Below, piece after piece: positions 47,448-55,884 of a stretch of DNA of 64,000 nucleotides; the first letter of the stretch is position 1; each line of letters starts with the position of its first letter. The position numbers and the translations under genes were made by a program. Origin of the DNA: a virus; IMG/VR virus record IMGVR_UViG_3300000970_000006; one strand, written 5' to 3'. The notes beneath the pieces were generated by a model that did not search any database, was not told where the DNA came from, and saw nothing but the letters and a program-made list of their open reading frames with translations.

Positions 47448-47606
47448 TTTTATATCCTTCGTTAAATACAAATACAACATTATTGTTGTTGAAAATTACA
47501 ATATATTAATACGAAAATTTATAACAATACTATTAATCTTTTTTGACAATTAATAATCCATTAACCAATTAGTGGTAATATTAATATATCAAAAACGGAG
47601 AATATT

Positions 47607-47681
47607 ATGACTAGAATTGAATTGACTACTTGGGGTTTTATATGGGTACTGCTTCCATTAATATGGGCGTATTTTGGATAA
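47607..47681 (+). CDS. 24-aa hydrophobic peptide (MTRIELTTWGFIWVLLPLIWAYFG)
   Basis: ACGGAG RBS, TGGTAATAT extended -10 upstream; single TM-like helix. Confidence 0.5.
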   Translation: MTRIELTTWGFIWVLLPLIWAYFG

Positions 47682-47682
47682 T

Positions 47683-47844
47683 GTGCCAATTTTTGTTCAG
47701 AAGAATGGCTTAAACATTCCTACTACAGAAATAGCAAATAAATCTTGTTCGCATTACGTGGTTTTAGCTTCAATGAAAGCTAATGGATATGCCGTAACAG
47801 ACGTAATGTTTGACTATAAATTAAATTCTTGGTTAGTAAAGTAA
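47683..47844 (+). CDS. 53-aa hypothetical protein
   Basis: GTG start 1 nt after preceding stop; ends at terminator. Confidence 0.4.
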   Translation: MPIFVQKNGLNIPTTEIANKSCSHYVVLASMKANGYAVTDVMFDYKLNSWLVK

Positions 47845-47874
47845 GAAAGGGACCATTAGGTCCCTTTCTTTTTT
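47843..47874. terminator. Bidirectional terminator
   Basis: aagaaagggacc-atta-ggtccctttctttttt. Confidence 0.85.
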
Positions 47875-48058
47875 AAACATTAATCATCTGGTCGACAGGA
47901 ATTTGTCCTGCTTTAATTTGTATAAGCCGTCTTGCTTTTTCCCGGAGATTTTTAAGAGGTCTAAACACTGGAGGCACAAACGGTCTATTATTTTCTTGCC
48001 TATATTTATTGCGTCGCTGTATCATTTTTAATTTGTGAAGCTCTTTTGAAATTTTCAT
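47873..48058 (-). CDS. Hypothetical basic protein
   Basis: AAAGGA RBS; 61 aa. Confidence 0.55.
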   Translation of the reverse strand: MKISKELHKLKMIQRRNKYRQENNRPFVPPVFRPLKNLREKARRLIQIKAGQIPVDQMINV

Positions 48059-48069
48059 AAGTTTTCCTT

Positions 48070-48329
48070 TTAATATTCCATAACATATTTTTTAGCATCT
48101 TCTTTAGTCATATATTCACCTGACCAATCATTATAAATTGTTCCATCGATGTTATCGATTAAATCGCACAATATCTGTTTTTGCTCATTCGTGTCCGTTT
48201 GAGACATTGCATCAATAGTCATTCCAGCATCAGCATATTTTTGAAGAATTTCCATACTAGAGTTTTTTTAAGAGACCAACCTTTTAGAGTTCCCCATTTT
48301 AATGTAATAGTTTCAGTTTCTTGATTCAT
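48070..48329 (-). pseudogene. Hypothetical protein split by -1 frameshift in A7 run
   Basis: MNQETETITLKWGTLKGWSLKK (from 48329) joins NSSMEILQKY... if the 7-nt run at 48263-48269 had 8 nt. Confidence 0.5.
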
Positions 48330-48597
48330 CTGTTTTTTGCCTTTTATTATCTAAATGAGACGGCCATATTTTAGTTGCAGAACCACTACCCCAACATTTG
48401 TTACACACATCCGTAGTTAGAGTTTGGCCACCTATACCAGCTCTAAAAGTTGAAGTATTTCCGTATAATATGTAACCTGAACCATGACACAATAAACAAC
48501 AGTCATCTTCATCTACTAAATGATGACGAGCCGTTTTATCATATGTATGACGATGTTTTCGCTCGGATTCAAATTTTTCTTTATAATCAATCATCAC
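48313..48597 (-). CDS. Hypothetical protein with CxxCxGxG zinc-finger motifs
   Basis: CLLCHGSG and CNKCWGSG. Confidence 0.65.
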   Translation of the reverse strand: MMIDYKEKFESERKHRHTYDKTARHHLVDEDDCCLLCHGSGYILYGNTSTFRAGIGGQTLTTDVCNKCWGSGSATKIWPSHLDNKRQKTDESRN

Positions 48598-48669
48598 AAA
48601 TTCTTGTAAACAGTGAATAAAACTACAATGACTATTAAAATATTTATTATAATATCTTGAATAGGCATA

Positions 48670-49014
48670 TCAATACAACTTTAAATTACCTGTTATTTTA
48701 TCAATAACATCTGATTCTTCTGGTCCTAATGCCATACATGTAACCGTAGGAACTCCATTAAATTCTGTTTTTCCTGCGTCGGTTATCAAAGCGGCCATTA
48801 CATTCTGTGACAATGCTTCTGTATGAAGTTCTAACAATTCTTCCAAAGAATCAACTCTAACACAAACTTTCGCAAATGCCATACTAAGCCATTTTTTCAT
48901 ACGAGGGTCGTCTATATTTTCTAATAAGACTTTATTACTCGCATGACATGCTTGCGCTATTTCTTTTCCTCTGCGCATTTTTAGGTCTTTTCGCACAACT
49001 ATAATTTGTTTCAT
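48670..49014 (-). CDS. pth2: Peptidyl-tRNA hydrolase Pth2
   Basis: KQIIVVRKDLKMRRGKEIAQACHA, DAGKTEF, TCMALGP, IDKITGNLKL. Confidence 0.93.
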   Translation of the reverse strand: MKQIIVVRKDLKMRRGKEIAQACHASNKVLLENIDDPRMKKWLSMAFAKVCVRVDSLEELLELHTEALSQNVMAALITDAGKTEFNGVPTVTCMALGPEESDVIDKITGNLKLY

Positions 49015-49081
49015 CTTAGCATACCTAAACAGAATGCTATTACAAAACAAATTGCCATTATTTCTAAATCAGAGTATTGCA

Positions 49082-49420
49082 TTATGATAAAACCTTATTT
49101 TTGTGTAATTGAATTTCATTTTCGCGTTTAATTCTTTCCGCGTGATTTATACATGGAGTAATATTAAACCAGTGACCATTTTCACATACAATATTTGTAG
49201 AAATACCTCCAGTTGGGCCTTCATAAAAAGTAGTTTGTTTATTACAATCAGGACATTCGCCTCTTGTTATGTCATCAAATATAGTATTTTCTTCTGAAGA
49301 TTCACCTTTAATATAACGAGATTTTCCATCTTTAAACCAAAACAGATATAATATAAACGCAGCAGCAAAAACTGCATAATGAAAAATATCATATATTTGC
49401 ATTAGCTCAGAAGTTGTCAT
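49082..49420 (-). CDS. Membrane-anchored zinc-ribbon protein
   Basis: TM segment, CPDC...GPTGG...CENGHWF. Confidence 0.6.
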   Translation of the reverse strand: MTTSELMQIYDIFHYAVFAAAFILYLFWFKDGKSRYIKGESSEENTIFDDITRGECPDCNKQTTFYEGPTGGISTNIVCENGHWFNITPCINHAERIKRENEIQLHKNKVLS

Positions 49421-49495
49421 TTCTATTTTCCCATTAATATTAAAAATGATGTGGTAAAAAATATTACCATTATTATGCCCCAAAAAAATTCCACT

Positions 49496-49837
49496 TTATA
49501 AAAATCGCCGTTCTTTCTTTTTGTTATTAACAAAACAACCTGGATATTCAGCAGGATTAATATAATCAAATTCTGCCGCTATTCTCAGTTTGAAAAGTGA
49601 AAAATGAAATCCGTCTTTAATAGTTGATTTCAATTTACCATTCAATGTATTAACGTGTCCTATTGAAAACAAATTAAAAAATGTCATACATTTAAAAATT
49701 TCATATCCATAACTAGAACTATCAACCCACACAAATCGAAGACCTAAAGATTTCCAATGACCACCGGTTTTTCCATAAAATCCAGAAGCAAATATAGATT
49801 TCCATGCATAACCGTCTGATTTTTGTGTAATAATCAT
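49496..49837 (-). CDS. Hypothetical protein
   Basis: 113-aa ORF, ATGA-coupled. Confidence 0.55.
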   Translation of the reverse strand: MIITQKSDGYAWKSIFASGFYGKTGGHWKSLGLRFVWVDSSSYGYEIFKCMTFFNLFSIGHVNTLNGKLKSTIKDGFHFSLFKLRIAAEFDYINPAEYPGCFVNNKKKERRFL

Positions 49838-49980
49838 TTTTGATTATCCTTTTTTGCAGCTATCCATCCTACGCGAAAAGCATCAGCTAATTGACTTGGC
49901 ATATCAGTAGCAAAACCATGTTTTTTTAAGGCTGCCTTTATTTCGACAGTATTAAATTCTTCATTATTATGCAAACTCAT
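49834..49980 (-). CDS. 48-aa hypothetical protein (missed by ORF track)
   Basis: MSLHNNEEF...PSQLADAFRVGW; GGA RBS. Confidence 0.5.
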   Translation of the reverse strand: MSLHNNEEFNTVEIKAALKKHGFATDMPSQLADAFRVGWIAAKKDNQK

Positions 49981-50039
49981 AATTTTATTTTCCGTTATTC
50001 AACAATAATATAATATTACAAAAAATTAATCAAAAACAA

Positions 50040-50651
50040 CTATTTTAATCTATACCATTCAGGCATACGATTATTACTCCATTTCATTTTCATTTTATCT
50101 TGTTTACTAATATAAAATGATTTATACGCTTCAATAGGACAATTTTGTTTATATTCATCTGGCATACACATTGGCATTACAGGAAGATTATCATCTTGAT
50201 TAATATTAATCGGAACATTTGAAAGATAAGGACGTAAAATTAAAGAACCATGAACATTGCCAGTTTTTGTAGTGTAAATTCTATTCATTTCTTCCCAATG
50301 AGTTAATAACCATTTATAAGCAGCATTATTAGTTCTGGCCCATATTGTAGAAGGATGATTTATATGCGTTGTCATATAAATGTTTAACGACACTAATTTT
50401 TTAGAATTTTTAATCTGAACACGCTCATCAAAAGAAGTTAATATTTTGATGCTTTTTTTCTTGATATATTCTGAACTTGTATCGTTATAATTTCGCCGAA
50501 CTATTGAAACGCCATTTATATTTTCGCCGTCCAATGTTCTATGAGCCGTTGATAACATTTGAGCAGTTTCACGTATCATAGCAACGATATGAATATCAGA
50601 TAAATTATTAGCAGCTTGAATAGGACATTTGTCAGTAAAAAATATATTCAT
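50040..50651 (-). CDS. Pyrimidine-dimer DNA glycosylase-like (DenV/Pyr_excise family)
   Basis: MNIFFTDKCPIQAA...HIVAMIRETAQMLSTAH, THINHPSTIWAR, MPMCMPDEY. Confidence 0.8.
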   Translation of the reverse strand: MNIFFTDKCPIQAANNLSDIHIVAMIRETAQMLSTAHRTLDGENINGVSIVRRNYNDTSSEYIKKKSIKILTSFDERVQIKNSKKLVSLNIYMTTHINHPSTIWARTNNAAYKWLLTHWEEMNRIYTTKTGNVHGSLILRPYLSNVPININQDDNLPVMPMCMPDEYKQNCPIEAYKSFYISKQDKMKMKWSNNRMPEWYRLK

Positions 50652-50652
50652 G

Positions 50653-50973
50653 TTATGAATTATAAGTTACGCTATTAATTATAATTTGTCCATCATTATA
50701 TTTTATAATGAGTTCGCCATTATCTAAATCATCACTTAATCGATAATCTTCAATATTTTTTAATTTTACCATTTCATCAAGACGAAGTTTAAGATTTTCT
50801 CGTGATGATTTTGCTTCAATATTTGTATTACCATTAATTAATACATGATTATCTTTCCAGTCTTGAAAACTGCCGGCATAATCATCTTTTTTGTCGTCTT
50901 TAGAACTATACAAATGTTCAAGTGCTAATCCTATTCCAACTAAACCCATTCCAAATAAAAAACGGCCAAACAT
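50653..50973 (-). CDS. Hypothetical protein with N-terminal hydrophobic segment
   Basis: GAGAGGA RBS. Confidence 0.6.
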   Translation of the reverse strand: MFGRFLFGMGLVGIGLALEHLYSSKDDKKDDYAGSFQDWKDNHVLINGNTNIEAKSSRENLKLRLDEMVKLKNIEDYRLSDDLDNGELIIKYNDGQIIINSVTYNS

Positions 50974-51046
50974 GTGATTTCCTCTCTATAATATTTATTT
51001 TATTATAAACAAAAAATCATATATCTAAAACATTTTTATTTCATAT

Positions 51047-51070
51047 AAAAAAGCCCGCACTAAGCGGGCT
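51047..51070 (-). terminator. Rho-independent terminator
   Basis: agcccgc-ttagt-gcgggc-tttttt on minus strand. Confidence 0.8.
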
Positions 51071-51073
51071 AAA

Positions 51074-51385
51074 TTATTGTATTTTTTGAAGAGGTATATT
51101 ATTGGGTTGTGAATTAAAAGGTTTTCGCGTTCGAGGAAAAAATTCTAATAATTCATCAACGTCTTTACGAAGCTGGTCGATACGAGTGTCTCGCGTAATA
51201 CGTTCAGCTTGCAAACCAAGTAATGGGCCAATAATTGGAGTTATAAAAGGGGACATAATAACCAATGCTAAAATCACCACATTAATAAGACCAGATATTT
51301 CACCTAGTCTTTTCATGATAGATTGTTTTCCTTCAGCTTCTAACTGAACAATGGTTTTATTTTCTACACTGTCATTATTTTTCAA
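51074..51385 (-). CDS. Membrane protein
   Basis: One long hydrophobic segment. Confidence 0.55.
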   Translation of the reverse strand: MKNNDSVENKTIVQLEAEGKQSIMKRLGEISGLINVVILALVIMSPFITPIIGPLLGLQAERITRDTRIDQLRKDVDELLEFFPRTRKPFNSQPNNIPLQKIQ

Positions 51386-52352
51386 TATAATCTCCTGCGT
51401 TAAACGGCGGAAATTCTAAAACTATATTTCCATCTTCGCATTCAAATTCTGCTTCAAATTGTAAAGTCACATCACGCGGATAAAATCCTGTTAAGTCAAT
51501 TTTAATAGGTATTAATCTAATATAACCTTTTTTAATTGGTTCTTTTATAACATATTTATCATCTAACATTTCTTTAAAATTTAATCGTCTTTGATATAAA
51601 CCTAAATTTTCTGTATACTGCATACCTTTTAATTTAGTTGGAGGTATTAATAAACAAGTATGATATTCATTTCGTTTAAATTCTGTATAAGCAATAACAT
51701 AATTTAAACCTCTATCTACAATCACTGTTTTATAGTCATCGTATAAATCAAAATATTTTACGTTTTTATCTATTTTAATCGGATTAATAACTGTAAATTC
51801 AGTATCAGGTAAATTAGATTTAACAATACCTTCTTCGCACTCATGATATATGTCGCCAATAAATGTTGACAACCCATTTGGAGCGTTTTTAATTTCCATA
51901 ATAACATGTACGGTTTCTGTATTATTTGTGTATGTATCATCATAGCTAAGAGTTGGCGCAGATATTTTATACAGTTTATTATCAATATCGATAACTCGAG
52001 GAGTCCATTGTGTTGATCTGCCACAATCGTTTCTTAATTTTGTATACGTAATATGTGCGTAATACAGATAGTCATCAAGCATTTTCTCAATTGTAACACC
52101 TTTAACTTCTAATACGGGTCCGCAATCTTTATATCGCGAATACGTAGTATTAGGAACCATAACAAGAGTTCCACATTTAGCAACTTCGTATAATGCATTT
52201 AATCTTTCTTCATTAGAAGAACGAAAGCCTACTAGTTCAAGTGCAATAATATGAAATCCAAAGAACGTAAGTAAAGCTACCGCTGCAGGTATAGCGGCAA
52301 AAACTATGCGTATTTTTCCAGGCCTTTTTAAAAGACGAAACCAGTCTAACAT
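51375..52352 (-). CDS. Single-TM protein with Cys-paired extracytoplasmic region
   Basis: Basic N-terminus, TM helix, two similar ...C...ECExG segments. Confidence 0.65.
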   Translation of the reverse strand: MLDWFRLLKRPGKIRIVFAAIPAAVALLTFFGFHIIALELVGFRSSNEERLNALYEVAKCGTLVMVPNTTYSRYKDCGPVLEVKGVTIEKMLDDYLYYAHITYTKLRNDCGRSTQWTPRVIDIDNKLYKISAPTLSYDDTYTNNTETVHVIMEIKNAPNGLSTFIGDIYHECEEGIVKSNLPDTEFTVINPIKIDKNVKYFDLYDDYKTVIVDRGLNYVIAYTEFKRNEYHTCLLIPPTKLKGMQYTENLGLYQRRLNFKEMLDDKYVIKEPIKKGYIRLIPIKIDLTGFYPRDVTLQFEAEFECEDGNIVLEFPPFNAGDYIEK

Positions 52353-52353
52353 T

Positions 52354-52479
52354 TTAGCCCCCTATAGTAATTATAACATACATGGCAGAAACTATTGCAA
52401 TAGTTTCTAAAGAATAATCCTTTAATATCCTTTCTATATATCTAATTTGTTGATTTAAATTATACTTATATTCATTCAT
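52354..52479 (-). CDS. 41-aa membrane peptide (missed by ORF track)
   Basis: MNEYKYNLNQQIRYIERILKDYSLETIAIVSAMYVIITIGG; coupled to both neighbours. Confidence 0.45.
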   Translation of the reverse strand: MNEYKYNLNQQIRYIERILKDYSLETIAIVSAMYVIITIGG

Positions 52480-52897
52480 AACTAGGCCGTTCAGCTATGA
52501 AATGTATAAGTTCGGGGCTATTTTTAGTTAAACGTTGTGGTCCATTGAGGTAAGATTTTTTGCCAAATAAAGATACGCCTAAACGCATGAATTTAGCTTC
52601 CCATCGTTTAACATTATTTTCTCTTAATAAATGATAAAAAATTGCATCAGCTGTTGCTCTAGATGTTATATTTGTTTGATATAAAAAATCATGTATAAAT
52701 GCGGGACCCATGATTTTAGGATCGTCAGAGTTAATATACCATCTTAAATATTTTGGAATAGATGCGTAATCTGTTACAAATCCCGCCGGAACTTCAATGA
52801 TGTACGGTTTAGGCCCTGAAATAACTATTATTTCTTTAGGTATAACTAATTTGTGATAACCATCACCTAAATCTTGTGTAATAGGATTAAAGTTCAT
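52472..52897 (-). CDS. DUF1353 family protein
   Basis: VPAGFVTDYASIP, AFIHDFLY, ADAIF...GVSLFG. Confidence 0.85.
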   Translation of the reverse strand: MNFNPITQDLGDGYHKLVIPKEIIVISGPKPYIIEVPAGFVTDYASIPKYLRWYINSDDPKIMGPAFIHDFLYQTNITSRATADAIFYHLLRENNVKRWEAKFMRLGVSLFGKKSYLNGPQRLTKNSPELIHFIAERPSYE

Positions 52898-53527
52898 TTA
52901 CGCCACCGCGTAAAAATCATCTAGTGCCTTTTTCCATTGCTTTGATATTCGATAATAACCTTTATCGTCACCAGTAGCTACATAATAATTTGATTCTCCA
53001 GAACCATTACAGCTATAACAACCGCTTTCTTCATATTCACCGGTTTCTTCATCCTCATAACCGTCTACGCCTGAGCCGCCGCAATCTTCACAATCTTCAA
53101 CATATACATCCATGCTTGCCATATTTTTTAATACAGATTTCGCGATAGAACCAATTTCTTTAGAATGCTTTTTGACTAATTCCATTAAATAATGATGCAT
53201 TTCTAAGTCATCACCGTGATTACCAAATGCACCTGACGAATAACCGCTTGCATATCCATTATCAAAGTACTGAGCGTACCCACCATTTTCGACTTGATAG
53301 TTATGGAAACCTGCTAGTACTGCAAGCACATATTTATCATCATATTTTTTAGCTATTGATTTAGCCTGACGAACATCGGCGGATTTTAATTTATCAAACA
53401 TGACAGACATAGTTGCTTGCCACGGACCTTCTTTTCTGTAATCACGATGAGTTTTTATTTTTTTAGTAATGTCTTTAGATTCAACAATACTATAATCTAG
53501 TTTTACCGATTCTATTAAATTTTTCAT
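52898..53527 (-). CDS. DUF4375/DMP19-like protein with DnaJ-type zinc finger
   Basis: YQVENGGYAQYFDNG; CEDCGGSG and CYSCNGSG; starts MKNLIES. Confidence 0.6.
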   Translation of the reverse strand: MKNLIESVKLDYSIVESKDITKKIKTHRDYRKEGPWQATMSVMFDKLKSADVRQAKSIAKKYDDKYVLAVLAGFHNYQVENGGYAQYFDNGYASGYSSGAFGNHGDDLEMHHYLMELVKKHSKEIGSIAKSVLKNMASMDVYVEDCEDCGGSGVDGYEDEETGEYEESGCYSCNGSGESNYYVATGDDKGYYRISKQWKKALDDFYAVA

Positions 53528-53556
53528 GATTACGCCTTTGTTAAATGTCAACAAAA

Positions 53557-54456
53557 TTATATATCATTACGGACTTCTCCCCAATCGCGCTGAGAATCAA
53601 TACGCTCGTACAATGTTGTATCTTTTAATATAGGAGACTGTCCAACATTCCAAAAATAAGCATTATCACTAGCATATTTTGTAATATATCGCCATGCTTT
53701 TGCATCATAATTATTAACAGTGGGAAAATCAGGTAAATGTTCAGATGCTTCACTTCGATTAAAATCAAACGGATGAGACTCAACATTAGCTATACCAAGT
53801 TCACCCGCTTTCATATTTCGTGCTACAGCAACCGCGTGAAAGCGCGCGTGAGGCGCAGCAATTTGTAATGCACGTGTTAATACACCTGTTGAAACAACCG
53901 ACCATACCTCTTCTGGATTGGCTTTGTCAAATATTTTACTTGCGGTATATACTGCTCCTGCTGTTACAAGAGGATGTTTCAAACCGAGAGGAATAAAAAA
54001 AGCATCATTAGCATCAGCCCATTCTTTAGCCAATTTGTTTAAATTAGGCATTGCCGCAATACGATGAAAAACAGGAATTGCTCCTCTTTCAATACAAACA
54101 GCCTGATGGTCAGAAATTGTTTTAGATGATGGCATGAATAATACAACACGTTTATTGAATTTTTCAGCTAAATCTAATATTGAAACTCCTGCTAATCCTT
54201 TACGTGGCTGAACATATACAACAGTATCTTGTTCAATACTTCTAAATAACCATTGCCCAAAACGAGTTTTACTACCGGCAAGATTGTGGTCAGAAATTAC
54301 ATTAATTTGGCGATTATCTATCATAGTAGGAATAATTTCACTTGGAGGAAATATGTCATCCGCTCCAAATTCTTCAATCATTTTAATGTATGACTCTTTA
54401 GTCATACCATTTAAATCCATATTGATTCCATCTATGACATGATTATTGTGAGCCAT
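53557..54456 (-). CDS. PLP-dependent (fold-type II, threonine dehydratase-like) enzyme, probable base-hypermodification decarboxylase
   Basis: LAGSKTRF, VQPRKGLAGVS, PLGLKHP, WSVVSTGVLTRALQ, NYDAKAW, FWNVG. Confidence 0.75.
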   Translation of the reverse strand: MAHNNHVIDGINMDLNGMTKESYIKMIEEFGADDIFPPSEIIPTMIDNRQINVISDHNLAGSKTRFGQWLFRSIEQDTVVYVQPRKGLAGVSILDLAEKFNKRVVLFMPSSKTISDHQAVCIERGAIPVFHRIAAMPNLNKLAKEWADANDAFFIPLGLKHPLVTAGAVYTASKIFDKANPEEVWSVVSTGVLTRALQIAAPHARFHAVAVARNMKAGELGIANVESHPFDFNRSEASEHLPDFPTVNNYDAKAWRYITKYASDNAYFWNVGQSPILKDTTLYERIDSQRDWGEVRNDI

Positions 54457-54788
54457 TATGTTTTTTCCAGTTCTTTTTCTTTTTCATCAGAAGTATCGTC
54501 ATCAGAACTTATATCAATATTTTTATCGCCCGATAATATTGCGTGTATTGATTTCATTCCTTCTGGAATTTTTTGAATAGGTTTAAAGCACATAGGTGAA
54601 TACATACGGCCTGTATCTTCTGCAACAACAACTCCCAGGTTACCAATCATTCTATCAGAACGTCGATCTCCAATAAATGATGATATAGTACAAATATCAC
54701 CATAATTTAAAGGAACTTCATTTATACCAGGTCCAGAAAAACAAAATATAACCTTATCACCAACATTTGCAGTTTTAATCCATGACAT
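54456..54788 (-). CDS. Hypothetical protein
   Basis: AAGGA RBS; 110 aa. Confidence 0.6.
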   Translation of the reverse strand: MSWIKTANVGDKVIFCFSGPGINEVPLNYGDICTISSFIGDRRSDRMIGNLGVVVAEDTGRMYSPMCFKPIQKIPEGMKSIHAILSGDKNIDISSDDDTSDEKEKELEKT

Positions 54789-54805
54789 ACATTTTTCCTT
54801 AGTTT

Positions 54806-54832
54806 AAAAGCTACCGCCATTACAGCGGTAGC
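54806..54832 (-). terminator. Rho-independent terminator
   Basis: gctaccgc/gcggtagc stem with T run on minus strand. Confidence 0.7.
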
Positions 54833-54890
54833 AATTATTATTATATTACTTATATGATAGTTTGCGGCTTAAGTAATACAATAATATCAA

Positions 54891-55133
54891 TTATTCGAAA
54901 ACAATTGGCGCTTCTTTAGCTTTCGCAATTGACGAAAATTCAAAGATTTGGTAAATTACCGGCTCTTCTTTTTTAAGTCCTTCGCGAATGCGTTCAGTTA
55001 CGATATTTTTCGCTGCGTCAAGAGATTCAAAACGCTCCATATCACCTGTTGGTTCGTAATGGAATTTTTTACCAGCATCGGTAACAACCTTTTTTACAGG
55101 TACGATAACAGCTGGTTGGTTTTTATCAGCCAT
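54891..55133 (-). CDS. Hypothetical protein, paralog family member 1 (shared C-terminal domain only)
   Basis: AAGGAG RBS before ATG 55133. Confidence 0.65.
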   Translation of the reverse strand: MADKNQPAVIVPVKKVVTDAGKKFHYEPTGDMERFESLDAAKNIVTERIREGLKKEEPVIYQIFEFSSIAKAKEAPIVFE

Positions 55134-55149
55134 ATGAATAAGCTCCTTT

Positions 55150-55884
55150 TCATTCGGTTTCAAAAACTATAGTCGGTTCTGGTAATTTCGCCACCGCAGT
55201 GTACGGAAATATACCGTATTTAATGTCGATGCCCATCCGACTAGCTTTACGGACTTCTTCATTATAATATTCTTCGGCCAAAAGTTGTGTAGTAAATATT
55301 TGGACCGCAGAATTATTATCTTTAGGTTTTCCAGTTTCAATGTCTATTTCAGCAACAATAACTGGAAAATTTTCTTTTTTGACTTTTGCTCTATTATGAG
55401 AAACATTGAAATTGATGTATGAACGATTTTTCACAACTTCTTTTGTTATTTCATTTTTTGCGTCAATAGTACAATTTGAGGTTAAAACTTGTCCCCATTC
55501 TTTATAAACTATAGTGTGTTTGTATTTAAAATTTTGAATTAAAAATTCATCACCTATATTTTGCTTTATTAATGATTTCGTCGATACAACATTATTTCCA
55601 ACAACCGGTAAATGATATTTGCCAGTTTGAATATCTTGTTCAGATATTAATTCATATTTTTCAGGGTCAGTAAATTCAACATAATAATTAGAATTATAAT
55701 AAGACTTATCAATTTTAATAACACATTTATTTTTTACGTTTTCAGTTAAAACTATAGTATTTGCTTTAACAGTGAAACTATTATATAAATTATTGCATCT
55801 TATAGTACAATTTTTATCTGATTTAGTATCACCAGATCGGAATTTTATATCTTCTTTAATTAATATAAATTTATTTTTCATCAT
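55150..55884 (-). CDS. Hypothetical protein, paralog family member 2
   Basis: C-terminal about 70 aa aligns by eye with neighbours. Confidence 0.65.
   Translation of the reverse strand: MMKNKFILIKEDIKFRSGDTKSDKNCTIRCNNLYNSFTVKANTIVLTENVKNKCVIKIDKSYYNSNYYVEFTDPEKYELISEQDIQTGKYHLPVVGNNVVSTKSLIKQNIGDEFLIQNFKYKHTIVYKEWGQVLTSNCTIDAKNEITKEVVKNRSYINFNVSHNRAKVKKENFPVIVAEIDIETGKPKDNNSAVQIFTTQLLAEEYYNEEVRKASRMGIDIKYGIFPYTAVAKLPEPTIVFETE

Noticed and set aside
47550-47565. CtrA box as stand-alone feature
   Set aside because: TTAA-N7-TTAA is expected repeatedly by chance at this AT content
52387-52408. Perfect 22-bp palindrome agaaactattgcaatagtttct
   Set aside because: Single copy, AT-rich, inside a small ORF, no U-tail; no function can be supported
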